Source: an uncultured Actinomycetota bacterium
GTDB taxonomy: Bacteria; Actinomycetota; Actinomycetes; Mycobacteriales; Mycobacteriaceae
Length of the DNA: 64,000 nucleotides
Direction of reading: 5' to 3'
NCBI GenBank assembly: GCA_963820045.1
Contig: CAWFYN010000007.1
Coordinates: 21,832 to 85,831, forward strand
A program made the position numbers and the translations under genes. Positions 19,827-31,757 of the stretch are shown one piece after another. How positions within the stretch are numbered: the first letter of the stretch is position 1; the number at the start of each line of letters is the position of its first letter. The notes under the pieces were generated by a model. That model was given only the letters and a program-made list of their open reading frames with translations. It did no database searches and was not told where the DNA came from.

Positions 19827-19938
19827 TCGTCAGCCGCACCGGAGTTTGGGGTCGGTAACCGGCGGCGGGCGCAAGAATGTCCAGCAGATACTCGGAATCT
19901 TCTGCCCGAAGGCATGAGCGCCACGCCTGCCCGGACGC

Positions 19939-19957
19939 GCGGTAACCTCATTCTCAT
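19939..19957. promoter_or_regulatory. Degenerate copy of the 21052 palindrome upstream of the TetR-hotdog gene
   Basis: GCGGTAACCTCATTCTCAT, 14/19 identical to GTGGTAACGTCATTACCAC. Confidence 0.5.
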
Positions 19958-19995
19958 AGCGCGAGCACCGCGCCAGGGAAGGGGACGAAACGCTG

Positions 19996-21024
19996 ATGGC
20001 CGACCTTGGCGACGACGTCGAAGTGACGCGCGGCGACCGCTTCATCAAGACGGCCGTCGAGATCTTGGGCGAGACCGGACGCACCGACTTCACCGTGCAG
20101 GAAGTGGTCGCGCGCTCCAAGACGTCGCTGCGTGCCTTCTACCAGCATTTCAGCGGCAAGGACGAATTGCTGCTGGCACTGTTCGACCGGACCATCGCCC
20201 AATCGGTGGAGACCTGGCGCACCGAAACCGACGGGCTGGACAGCACCGCGGCACTGAAGCTGGTGATCGACCGCATCAGCCAGCAGCCGGAATCGAGCAC
20301 CCAAGACAGCCTCAATCGCGCACTGACTCTCTACAACCAACACTTGGCCGAGACCCGTCCCCGCGACTACGCCCGGGTCCTCTCACCGCTGCATCGGTTG
20401 ATTCGCGACATCGTGGGGCAGGGCATCACCGAGGGCGTCTTCAACCCCGGGCTGGACGTCGGGGCGGCGGCCGCAATCGTCATGCAGGCGGTGATGGGCG
20501 CGCAGCGGTTGCATTGGCTGGGAACGGAATTGAACGGGGCACCGGTTGACGTCGGCCAACTGTATGACTTCTGCAGTCGCGCCCTGGGCATCCGGGATAG
20601 CGACGAGGAGCCGGGCGCGCCGTCGCTGGCCGAGTTGTTCGCGCAGATCGGCATGCGGCCGGGAACCCGCGACGGCGAATTCGCCATGACGATGCCGGTC
20701 AGCCCGGCCGTCGTGAACACATCCGGCGCGCTGCAGGGCGGCTTGATCGCGACCCTCGTCGACGTGGCGGGTGGACAGTTCGGGCTTGACCACCTGCAGC
20801 CGGGCACCACGATGACCACGGCGGACCTCTTCGTTCGATACCTGCGTCCGATCCGGGCGGGCTCGGCGTTCGCGGTGCCCCGGATGCTGCGGTCCGGGCG
20901 GCGGGCGATGGTGATGCAAGTGGACATCTACGACGACGCCGACGAGCTGGTCGCGACGGCGACCGTGAATTTCGCCGTCATCAACGGAGAGACACCGACG
21001 ATCGGCCTACGCGCGGGCACCTAA
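19996..21024 (+). CDS. TetR family regulator fused to C-terminal PaaI-type hotdog (thioesterase) domain
   Basis: HTH FTVQEVVARSKTSLRAFYQHFSGKDELL; C-terminal VNTSGALQGGLIATLVD..YLRPIRAG. Confidence 0.88.
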   Translation: MADLGDDVEVTRGDRFIKTAVEILGETGRTDFTVQEVVARSKTSLRAFYQHFSGKDELLLALFDRTIAQSVETWRTETDGLDSTAALKLVIDRISQQPESSTQDSLNRALTLYNQHLAETRPRDYARVLSPLHRLIRDIVGQGITEGVFNPGLDVGAAAAIVMQAVMGAQRLHWLGTELNGAPVDVGQLYDFCSRALGIRDSDEEPGAPSLAELFAQIGMRPGTRDGEFAMTMPVSPAVVNTSGALQGGLIATLVDVAGGQFGLDHLQPGTTMTTADLFVRYLRPIRAGSAFAVPRMLRSGRRAMVMQVDIYDDADELVATATVNFAVINGETPTIGLRAGT

Positions 21025-21051
21025 CGCCCCTGTACACCTAGATAAATAAAA

Positions 21052-21070
21052 GTGGTAACGTCATTACCAC
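21052..21070. promoter_or_regulatory. Palindrome GTGGTAA-N5-TTACCAC, candidate TetR operator
   Basis: Perfect 7-bp arms next to AT-rich patch upstream of 21108. Confidence 0.7.
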
Positions 21071-21107
21071 CGACCGAGAACCCAAGTCCTTCCGCAAGGA
21101 GATCGCC

Positions 21108-22316
21108 ATGCCGTCTCGCGAACTTTCCTTCCCCGTGTTCGACGCGGACAACCACATGTACGAGCCCCAGGAGGCGCTGACCAAGTTCCTCCCCGACAAG
21201 CGCAAGAACGTCATCGACTACGTGCAGGTGCGCGGTCGCACCAAGATCGTGGTGCGCGGCCACATCAGCGAGTACATCCCCAACCCGACGTTCGAAAAGG
21301 TGGCACGCCCCGGCGCCCAGGAGGACTACTTCCGCAACGGCGCACAAGGCAAGACCTACCGAGAGATCCTCGGCGAGCCGATGAAGGCCATCCCCGCCTT
21401 CCGCGAACCGGGAGCCCGTCTAGAGGTCATGGACGAGCTCGGCATCGACTACGCCCTGATGTTCCCGACCCTGGCCAGCCTGGTCGAGGAACGCATGAAG
21501 GACGACCCGGAGATGACCCACGACGTCATCCACGCGCTCAACGAGTGGATGCACGAGCAGTGGTCGTTCAACTACAAGGACCGCATCTTCGCCACCCCGG
21601 TCATCACGCTTCCCATCGTCGAGCGCGCGCTCGAAGAACTCGAATGGTGCTTGGAGCGCGGTGCTCGCACCGTGCTGGTCCGTCCGGCGCCGGTGCCCGG
21701 TTACCGCGGCAGCCGGTCGTTCGGACTCGCGGAATTCGACCCGTTCTGGCAGGCCTGCATCAAAGCCGAGCTGCCGGTCTCGATGCACGCCTCGGACAGT
21801 GGTTACTCGGAGTTCGCGAACGTGTGGGAGCCCGGCGACGAGTTCCTGCCGTTCAAGCCGACCGCCTTCCGCAGCTTCGCGATGGGCCATCGCCCGATCC
21901 TGGACGCAATGGGTGCGCTGGTGTGCCACGGCGCGCTGTCGCGCAACCCGGAGCTGCGGATCCTGTCGATCGAAAACGGCGCCGACTGGGTGCCAGACCT
22001 GTTCAAGGGCCTCAAGGGCGTCTACAAGAAGATGCCGCAATCGTTCAGCGAGGACCCGATCGAGGCGTTCAAGCGCTGCGTCTACATCACCCCGTTCTGG
22101 GAGGACCGGTTCACCGAGATCGTCAAGATGGTGGGGACCGACCGGGTGCTCTTCGGCTCCGACTGGCCGCACCCCGAGGGCCTGAAGGACCCCATCTCCT
22201 TCGTGGACGAGCTGACCGATTTCGACGCGGAGGACGTCGCCAAGATCATGGGCGGCAACCTGATGAAGCTGATGAAGGTTTCGGCGCCGGCTTCGAAGAA
22301 GCCCGTCTCGGCCTAG
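21108..22316 (+). CDS. Amidohydrolase_2-fold protein (possible dinuclear oxygenase)
   Basis: DADNH, MHAS, IENG, GSDWPHPEG. Confidence 0.88.
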   Translation: MPSRELSFPVFDADNHMYEPQEALTKFLPDKRKNVIDYVQVRGRTKIVVRGHISEYIPNPTFEKVARPGAQEDYFRNGAQGKTYREILGEPMKAIPAFREPGARLEVMDELGIDYALMFPTLASLVEERMKDDPEMTHDVIHALNEWMHEQWSFNYKDRIFATPVITLPIVERALEELEWCLERGARTVLVRPAPVPGYRGSRSFGLAEFDPFWQACIKAELPVSMHASDSGYSEFANVWEPGDEFLPFKPTAFRSFAMGHRPILDAMGALVCHGALSRNPELRILSIENGADWVPDLFKGLKGVYKKMPQSFSEDPIEAFKRCVYITPFWEDRFTEIVKMVGTDRVLFGSDWPHPEGLKDPISFVDELTDFDAEDVAKIMGGNLMKLMKVSAPASKKPVSA

Positions 22317-22327
22317 GAGCTAGCGGA

Positions 22328-22489
22328 TCAGGCGTCCGATCCCGGGCCGACGACTCGGGCAGCGCAAGAGTGACTGGCTGACTTATCGGGTTCGCGATGG
22401 GGGTCCCCTTTGGTTTGAGGCGCCGCCGCGGCGAAGCCCAAAGCCGACCCGGCCCATGAGACGGCGGTCAACCAGGCGGGCGGGCCCAT
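22328..22489 (-). pseudogene. Short ORF coupled to DUF421 stop; possible truncated membrane-protein remnant
   Basis: TGATG overlap at 22489; MGPPAWLTAVSWAGSALGFAAAA then low-information tail. Confidence 0.25.
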
Positions 22490-23010
22490 CAGGAATCGCC
22501 GGTTACCTTGGCTGGCGGGGGCGGCGTGTCGGGATTGGTTAAGACCGAAACCACACCCTTGGTCTCGAACAGCGCGAGGCGGACGTCGGCAGGTGTTCGG
22601 TGACCGTGCCGGCGCAAGATAGCGTCCATGTCCTCGTGAGTCAGTCTGCAACGCAGCAAGTTGCGCTCATCGAGTTGGCCATCGCGGATGAGCACCCGCA
22701 CCGGCGGATCAACGACTCTCCGCACCCATGGAATGAACCGCAGGCGCGCGACAATGTCATGTGCGGCGATCAATGTGAGCAGTGCGGCGGCTCCAGTCAG
22801 CCACGCGGTGCCGGCGGCCGTGGCGGTCCGGCCCACGATGGCGCCCACCGCGACGCCTGTGACCCAATCGAATGGGGTGAATTCGCCGATGGTGCGCCGC
22901 AGCGTCAGCCGGAAAGCCGCTGCGGCGGTGAGGAACAACGCTAGAGCCTTGATGGCCGCGTAGAGCACCGGGCGCCACCCGTTGTATAGCTGGAGTAATA
23001 GGTCATGCAT
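22489..23010 (-). CDS. DUF421/YetF family membrane protein
   Basis: FTPFDWVTGVAVGAIVG, VLIRDGQL, LRRHG..DVRLALFETKGVVSVL. Confidence 0.85.
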   Translation of the reverse strand: MHDLLLQLYNGWRPVLYAAIKALALFLTAAAAFRLTLRRTIGEFTPFDWVTGVAVGAIVGRTATAAGTAWLTGAAALLTLIAAHDIVARLRFIPWVRRVVDPPVRVLIRDGQLDERNLLRCRLTHEDMDAILRRHGHRTPADVRLALFETKGVVSVLTNPDTPPPPAKVTGDS

Positions 23011-23278
23011 CACGATCACCCCGTTTCACTCGTTGCCGGCGCGCACATAGCTGGCGTGACTTACCTAGCAAGTCGTTTACTTCGGGCTGCACCGTGTCGA
23101 ACAGCGGCCCAAGCTTTTGCGATTCACCGGCGCGTGGTGGACGCTGGTGTTCCCGTTGGGGATGTATTCGGTAGCTACCAAACATGATCGCCGGCGAGAT
23201 GCCATTCAGGGTGAGCAGCGGTGAGGACACGATGCTTCGCCAGAGCGAGATCAACCGCCCTGGGACGAGATTGATCAT
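23003..23278 (-). CDS. Hypothetical 91-aa protein
   Basis: ATG 9 nt after a SigF-type -10; stop overlaps DUF421 ATG by 8 nt; no recognisable motif. Confidence 0.35.
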   Translation of the reverse strand: MINLVPGRLISLWRSIVSSPLLTLNGISPAIMFGSYRIHPQREHQRPPRAGESQKLGPLFDTVQPEVNDLLGKSRQLCARRQRVKRGDRDA

Positions 23279-23287
23279 GGGCGCGTG

Positions 23288-26700
<3,413 letters not shown>

Positions 26701-26704
<4 letters not shown>

Positions 26705-27843
26705 CTGTTCGAACGACCCGCCTTCTCGCATTCATACACCCGCAGGTTGTGTTCCTCCGGTGTCCCAAACATGAAGCGGTACAACGTGATCCGGCGCAGA
26801 TAGAGGTGCAGGTCGTGTTCCCACGTGACGCCGATGCCCCCATGCATCTGGACGCAGGCCTGGACGATCTGGCCGCCCATCTCGCCCACGTAGGACTTGG
26901 CGATGCTGGCCGACAGGCCCGCCCCGGGTGAGTGGGCGGCAACGTCGGCGACCGCCGCGGCGGTGGTGGCGCGGCAGGCTTCCAGCCACAGCTTCATGTC
27001 GGCGAACTTGTGTTTGAGGGCCTGGTAGGACGCCAGCGGCCGCCCGAACGTGTGCCGGTCCAGCGCCCACTGGACGGTCAGGTCGAACACCGTCTGCAGG
27101 ATGCCGATCACCTCGGCGCACTGCAGTGTCTGTGCGATTTGGCTCTGCCGGTCGACCAGCGCCGCGGTTTCGGCGGGCGTGCCGACGGCCGCGGATCGCT
27201 CCACCACCACACCGTCGAAACGCACCCGGGCGTATTGCTTGACCAGGTCGACCGACTGCTGCGGCTCGATCGTGACGCCCGGCGCATCCGTGGGGACGAG
27301 AATCTGGCGGAGCTCGTCACCGCAGCGCGCCACCACGAGCAACACCGCGCTCTGCGCGCCGGCCTCCACCCGGTCCTTCGTGCCGTCGATGCGGTAGCCC
27401 GAATCGGTTGGCGTGGCCGTCACAGAGGGATTCAGCGGCGCCCAGCCCCGGCCCGGCTCCGAAACCGCCCACGACGCCACGATTTCCCCGGACATCAAGG
27501 CTTCGATGGTGGTGGTGTGCGGTTGCCAGTCCGCGCATTCGACGAGTGCGGCCAACACGACGCTGACCGGATACAACGGCCCGGGCGCCACCGTCTTGCC
27601 GAGCTGTTCGGCGACCATCGCCAGATCCGCCAAACCGCTGTCCGAGACGCTGCCGCCGCCCAATTCCTCCGGCACCAGCAGGCCCGTCCACCCGAGGTCC
27701 GCGGCGCGCCGCCACCATGCCGGATCAAAGGACACCCCCTCGGCGTGCAGCTCACGCACGCGGCGCAGCGGCGCTTCCTTTTCCAGAAAGGCTTGCGTTG
27801 TCGAGGTGAACAGCGTCTTTTCCGGTGAGTCGAGTGTGGTCAT
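26701..27843 (-). CDS. Acyl-CoA dehydrogenase, beta-type subunit
   Basis: ATG 27843; RHTFGRPLASYQALKH, QMHGGIGVTWEHD. Confidence 0.9.
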
Positions 27844-27893
27844 GCTGCCTCTCGTCCGCGTTCGCCTGCGGTTTCGATGGTAGCAACGAGCAC

Positions 27894-27912
27894 TACGGTA
27901 AGAGATACCGGA
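27894..27912. promoter_or_regulatory. 19-bp TACTGTAA-N3-TTACAGTA family site 1
   Basis: TACGGTAA-GAG-ATACCGGA, 12/16 arm matches. Confidence 0.55.
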
Positions 27913-27937
27913 GTTCCGTCGGTATTGCTGCTCACCG

Positions 27938-28909
27938 CTACACGGCGAACACACGGCGCAGCGAACGCGCGTGCAGGGCCCGGTTCTCCTGCGAAACAAC
28001 CCACTCGGGAACCAACGAGTCGAACCCGTTGAATGCCGCTGCGATGACGTGCAATTCGGTGTGCACGTAGGCGTGCAGCAGCCTGTTCGCGTAGTCGATG
28101 GCCTCATCGCGGCACGGATCGATCTCCGCGCAGCTGATGAACGTGGGCGGCAGGCCCTCGAGGTTCGCCCGGTGTGCGGGGACGTGTTGACCGCTGGCGC
28201 TCGCGTGCCCGAGGTAATGACCCCACGCCCGGCTCACCGCCGGCCCGTTGAGACCCGGCGTGCGCTGGAACTCACGCCTTGACTGGGTGGCGTCGGAGTC
28301 GAGCATCGGCTGGTGCAGGATCTGCACCAGGATCGGCGGACCTTCGTCGTCGAACATGCGCTGACTCAGGCCCGCAACCAGCGCCGCACCGGCGTCGCGC
28401 CCCATCACCGCGATGCGGTTGACATCCACGTTCAGCTCGGCGCAATTCCGGATGGCGTGATAGAAGCCCGCCTCGACGTCGTCCAACGCCGCGGGGCACG
28501 GATGTTCCGGCGCGAGCCGGTAGTCGACCGATATCAGCAGGCAACCGCCCGCTCTGGCCAGCTCCACGCATTGCGCGTGATCGGTGTCCAGGTTCCCGGT
28601 CACGAAGCCACCGCCGTGGGCATACAGGACAAGTGGTGAGGCCGACTCCGCTCGATCAAGGTCGGGACCCCGGTACAAACGGAGGTTCAGCTGGTGGCCG
28701 CCCGGGCCGGCGATGGTGCGCGTTTCGATGCCCACATCGGCGGTGTCGACTGCCGCGGCGCGCTCGGCGGCAAGCCGGTTGGCGTGTTCCCGCTCGACGG
28801 GCAGTGTCTCGGTGCGGAATTCGACGACGCCCAGTGCGGTGGCAGCCTCCCGGAGCACCGGGTCGATCCGGGTAAGGCCCTGCGGCCGCGTCAGATTCGT
28901 TTGTGTCAT
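27938..28909 (-). CDS. HSL-family alpha/beta hydrolase-fold protein with non-canonical catalytic residues
   Basis: HGGGF, SVDYRLAPEHP; nucleophile elbow GRDAG instead of GxSxG; AFNGF instead of xFHGF. Confidence 0.88.
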   Translation of the reverse strand: MTQTNLTRPQGLTRIDPVLREAATALGVVEFRTETLPVEREHANRLAAERAAAVDTADVGIETRTIAGPGGHQLNLRLYRGPDLDRAESASPLVLYAHGGGFVTGNLDTDHAQCVELARAGGCLLISVDYRLAPEHPCPAALDDVEAGFYHAIRNCAELNVDVNRIAVMGRDAGAALVAGLSQRMFDDEGPPILVQILHQPMLDSDATQSRREFQRTPGLNGPAVSRAWGHYLGHASASGQHVPAHRANLEGLPPTFISCAEIDPCRDEAIDYANRLLHAYVHTELHVIAAAFNGFDSLVPEWVVSQENRALHARSLRRVFAV

Positions 28910-28931
28910 ACCCTCTCATCTTCCGGGCTCA

Positions 28932-29063
28932 TCATGCGGGCTCGTCCCGTTCCGGCGTGGGGCCGTGCCGGAAACCCTCTTCAACGTAGACCTGCGATTC
29001 CGCCTGGTAAAAGATGAGGTGCTTCTCGCTTCGGCTTGGCGGCCAGATGGGCCGCCGGCTCAG
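28932..29063 (-). CDS. Candidate 43-aa sORF, or frameshifted C-terminal tail of 29060-30208
   Basis: CTGA overlap with upstream stop; coding-like GC3 bias: SRRPIWPPSRSEKHLIFYQAESQVYVEEGFRHGPTPERDEPA. Confidence 0.3.
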   Translation of the reverse strand: MSRRPIWPPSRSEKHLIFYQAESQVYVEEGFRHGPTPERDEPA

Positions 29064-30208
29064 CGTTCTCCGGGAAGCGCCTTGACCGTCGCCGGTAGCC
29101 CGTAGAGAGCCATCGCGTTGCCGCGCATGATCCGTTCCCGCTGATCGGCGGGGAACCGGTTGATCGCGTAGGTGGGCGAGTCGTAGCTCCAGTGCGGGTA
29201 GTCCGTCGAGAACATCAGGTTGTCGCCGAGGTCCATCATCTCCAGGTACTCGCGGAACTGCACGGTGTCGGCGTCTTCCAGCGGCTGGGTGGTGAACCGA
29301 ACATGTTCGCGCACATACTCCGACGGGCGCCGCCGCACGTGCGGCAGGTCGCCGCGGCGGGCTTCCCAGATGCGGTCCATCCGCGACATCACCGGCATCG
29401 CCCACGTAAAGCCGCCTTCGACGAATACCACCCGGAGGTTGGGGTGGCGGTCGAAAGCGCCGTCGAACACCAGGCTCATCAGGTGCGAGACGTACAGCAG
29501 CGGCCAGGAGGCGAAGAAGTCGTGCCAGTGCCCGGGGTTGCCGACCGGGTACAACGGAATCAGCTCGAACGGCGTCTGCCCCATCAGGTGCGTGGCCACC
29601 GGGAAACCATTGCGCGCCGCGGCTTCATACAGCGGGTCGAAATGTGGGTTGCCGAAGGGAATTCCACGAGTCTGCGGTGTCATCAGCACTTGGGCCATGT
29701 ACGGATGTCCCGCCCACCGTTCCACCTCGCCTGCCGCCTGCTCGGGCGTCTGCGCGCTGACGCTGATCGATCCGCGCCAGCGGCCGTGCGCGTTGTTCTC
29801 ATCGAGCCAGACGTCGGCCAGCCAGTCGTTGTAGGCGGACTTGAGAATGTGTTCGGCCTGTGGCAGCTGGGCGTCACACATCGGCTCCAGCGTCGCGATG
29901 CTCACGCCGGCATCGAGCAGCAGCTGCTTGGCGGCGAACTCCGGGTCGCTGCCCGCGAATCCCCCACCCGGCGGGGCGGCGTCCATGCGCAGCGACATGG
30001 TCTTGTACGAATCCGGTGTGTCGTAAAAATGCGGCACCGGGGTCACCGCGTTGCCGGTCGGCCATATCTTGTCCACCCATTCCGGCGCCGCATACGACTT
30101 CAGCACGTCGGTCGAGACCGGCAACGGGTGCACGTCGGTGTCGACGATGGTGACCGCTATTTCGTCGTCGTGGCCGGTCGGCGAATCGACCCGTTCGATC
30201 GTGGTCAT
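29060..30208 (-). CDS. Amidohydrolase_2-fold protein with intact metal motifs (AibH2-like dinuclear oxygenase candidate)
   Basis: ATGA overlap; DTDVH, ATHL, FVEGG, STDYPHWSYD. Confidence 0.85.
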   Translation of the reverse strand: MTTIERVDSPTGHDDEIAVTIVDTDVHPLPVSTDVLKSYAAPEWVDKIWPTGNAVTPVPHFYDTPDSYKTMSLRMDAAPPGGGFAGSDPEFAAKQLLLDAGVSIATLEPMCDAQLPQAEHILKSAYNDWLADVWLDENNAHGRWRGSISVSAQTPEQAAGEVERWAGHPYMAQVLMTPQTRGIPFGNPHFDPLYEAAARNGFPVATHLMGQTPFELIPLYPVGNPGHWHDFFASWPLLYVSHLMSLVFDGAFDRHPNLRVVFVEGGFTWAMPVMSRMDRIWEARRGDLPHVRRRPSEYVREHVRFTTQPLEDADTVQFREYLEMMDLGDNLMFSTDYPHWSYDSPTYAINRFPADQRERIMRGNAMALYGLPATVKALPGER

Positions 30209-31251
30209 GCGACACGCTCCTTCAGTCCGTAGAGCTCGCTGGCGTTTCGCCATAACACCTTGTCGCGTTGCCCGGCGTCGAGGCCCTCGGCGACGCTCGC
30301 CGGCGGCGAGGTGGACCAATGGGGGTACGCCGACCCGTACATCAGCAGGTCGGACTTGTCGGTGAACGCCATCCATCGCTGCGTGTCCCCGGGGTCGGTC
30401 GGTCCGTCGAACGCCGACGAGCAGAACCTGACATGACCGGGCAGGTATTCGCTCGGGTAGCGATCGACCCACGGCGTCTGGTCACGCATCGACACCCAGA
30501 AGGTGTCCAGCCGCCAGATCAGCGGGGTGAGGATGTCGTAGCCGCCGTCGGCGAAGACGAACTTCAGGCCGGGGTGCCTGCCGAACATGCCCTCGACGAT
30601 GAGGGTGGCCAGGTGCACGAAGTAGTTCAGCGGCATGAACGCCGCGTATCCCGGATAGGTGTGGGCGTGCCCGGCGAAGGTGGGCGGATAGTCGACGCCA
30701 TTGCCACCGTTGATGTGCACCGCCACCGGCAGGCCGTGGGCGGCTGCGGCCTCCCAGATCGGCTCGAACATCGGTTTGCCGTAGGGCTCGCGGGACTGCA
30801 TAGGGACGCCGACCTGCACCAGCTTCGGGTGATCGGCCAGGCGCTCGATCTCCGCGACGGCACCCTTGGGGTCTTCGGGATTCACGCGGATGGTGCCCCG
30901 GAATCGGTCGGTGGTGTCGGGCTCGAGCCAGCGGTCGAGCAGCCAGTCGTTGACTGCGGCGCAGATCCTGCTGTTGAGCAGGTAGTCGGCGATATTGCCG
31001 CGCGTCAGCGGGTTGAGGATGGCGTAGTCGACACCCTGCGAGGACAGATATCGGCCGACGGTCTGCGGGTCGGACCCCGGGTAGTGGTCCCCGTAGAGGT
31101 CTTGGCGGTAGTCACCGCCGGGTGCGGAGTACCACTGCTGTTCGACGTCGGGAATCGATCGCAACTTGTGGGCGGCGGGCAAATAGCGCCGTATCTCCGC
31201 GTTGGAACGGAAATGCGGCTGCACGTTGGCATCGATCATCGATGGACTCAT
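30205..31251 (-). CDS. Amidohydrolase_2-fold protein with degenerate metal motifs (AibH1-like partner candidate)
   Basis: ATGA overlap; DANVQPH, FADGG, GSAYPHW. Confidence 0.85.
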   Translation of the reverse strand: MSPSMIDANVQPHFRSNAEIRRYLPAAHKLRSIPDVEQQWYSAPGGDYRQDLYGDHYPGSDPQTVGRYLSSQGVDYAILNPLTRGNIADYLLNSRICAAVNDWLLDRWLEPDTTDRFRGTIRVNPEDPKGAVAEIERLADHPKLVQVGVPMQSREPYGKPMFEPIWEAAAAHGLPVAVHINGGNGVDYPPTFAGHAHTYPGYAAFMPLNYFVHLATLIVEGMFGRHPGLKFVFADGGYDILTPLIWRLDTFWVSMRDQTPWVDRYPSEYLPGHVRFCSSAFDGPTDPGDTQRWMAFTDKSDLLMYGSAYPHWSTSPPASVAEGLDAGQRDKVLWRNASELYGLKERVA

Positions 31252-31613
31252 GCCCTCACATACACCTCCCCGTCGGTGACGTCGACCTGGTAGGTGCGGA
31301 TACGCCGCGTCGGATCGGCGACGTTTTGCCCGGTGGTGATGTCGAATTCCCAATTATGCCAAGGGCATCGGACGATTTGGCCGTCGCGGACACGCCGCAT
31401 CCGATCGGGTTCGTCCGGGGCGAACTCGTTGGTGCCACCGATCAAGCCGAGACACAGCGGGGCGCCCTCGTGCGAGCAATAGTTCACGATCGCGTAGAGC
31501 TCGCCGCGCACGTTGTACACGCCGATACCGAACTTCCCGACGTCGACGAGCTTCATCCCGCCGGGCGGCAGATCGTCCAGGGAGCACACAAAACGCCGCT
31601 GGGGCACTTGCAT
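31248..31613 (-). CDS. Rieske-type [2Fe-2S] ferredoxin
   Basis: NYCSHEGAPL..VRCPWHNWEFD; GAGG RBS before ATG 31613. Confidence 0.92.
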   Translation of the reverse strand: MQVPQRRFVCSLDDLPPGGMKLVDVGKFGIGVYNVRGELYAIVNYCSHEGAPLCLGLIGGTNEFAPDEPDRMRRVRDGQIVRCPWHNWEFDITTGQNVADPTRRIRTYQVDVTDGEVYVRA

Positions 31614-31641
31614 CACCACCTCTGACGCCACGCAACATCAA

Positions 31642-31660
31642 TACTGTGCCGGTTACGGTA
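31642..31660. promoter_or_regulatory. 19-bp family site 2
   Basis: TACTGTGC-CGG-TTACGGTA, 13/16. Confidence 0.65.
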
Positions 31661-31687
31661 ACCACGACAAGCCCGTTGGGCTTAGTT

Positions 31688-31707
31688 GCTATCTATACTA
31701 TGATAGC
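31688..31707. promoter_or_regulatory. Palindrome GCTATC-N8-GATAGC enclosing TATACT (-10-like) upstream of P450
   Basis: gctatctatactatgatagc. Confidence 0.4.
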
Positions 31708-31757
31708 GATATTCCCCGCGTATCGATCCGCTTACCGGCTGCTCAGGAGGAGCGCTG

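Noticed and set aside
19914-20549. Alternative 211-aa ORF overlapping tetR
   Set aside because: Arg/Pro-rich off-frame product; its start region contains the candidate operator
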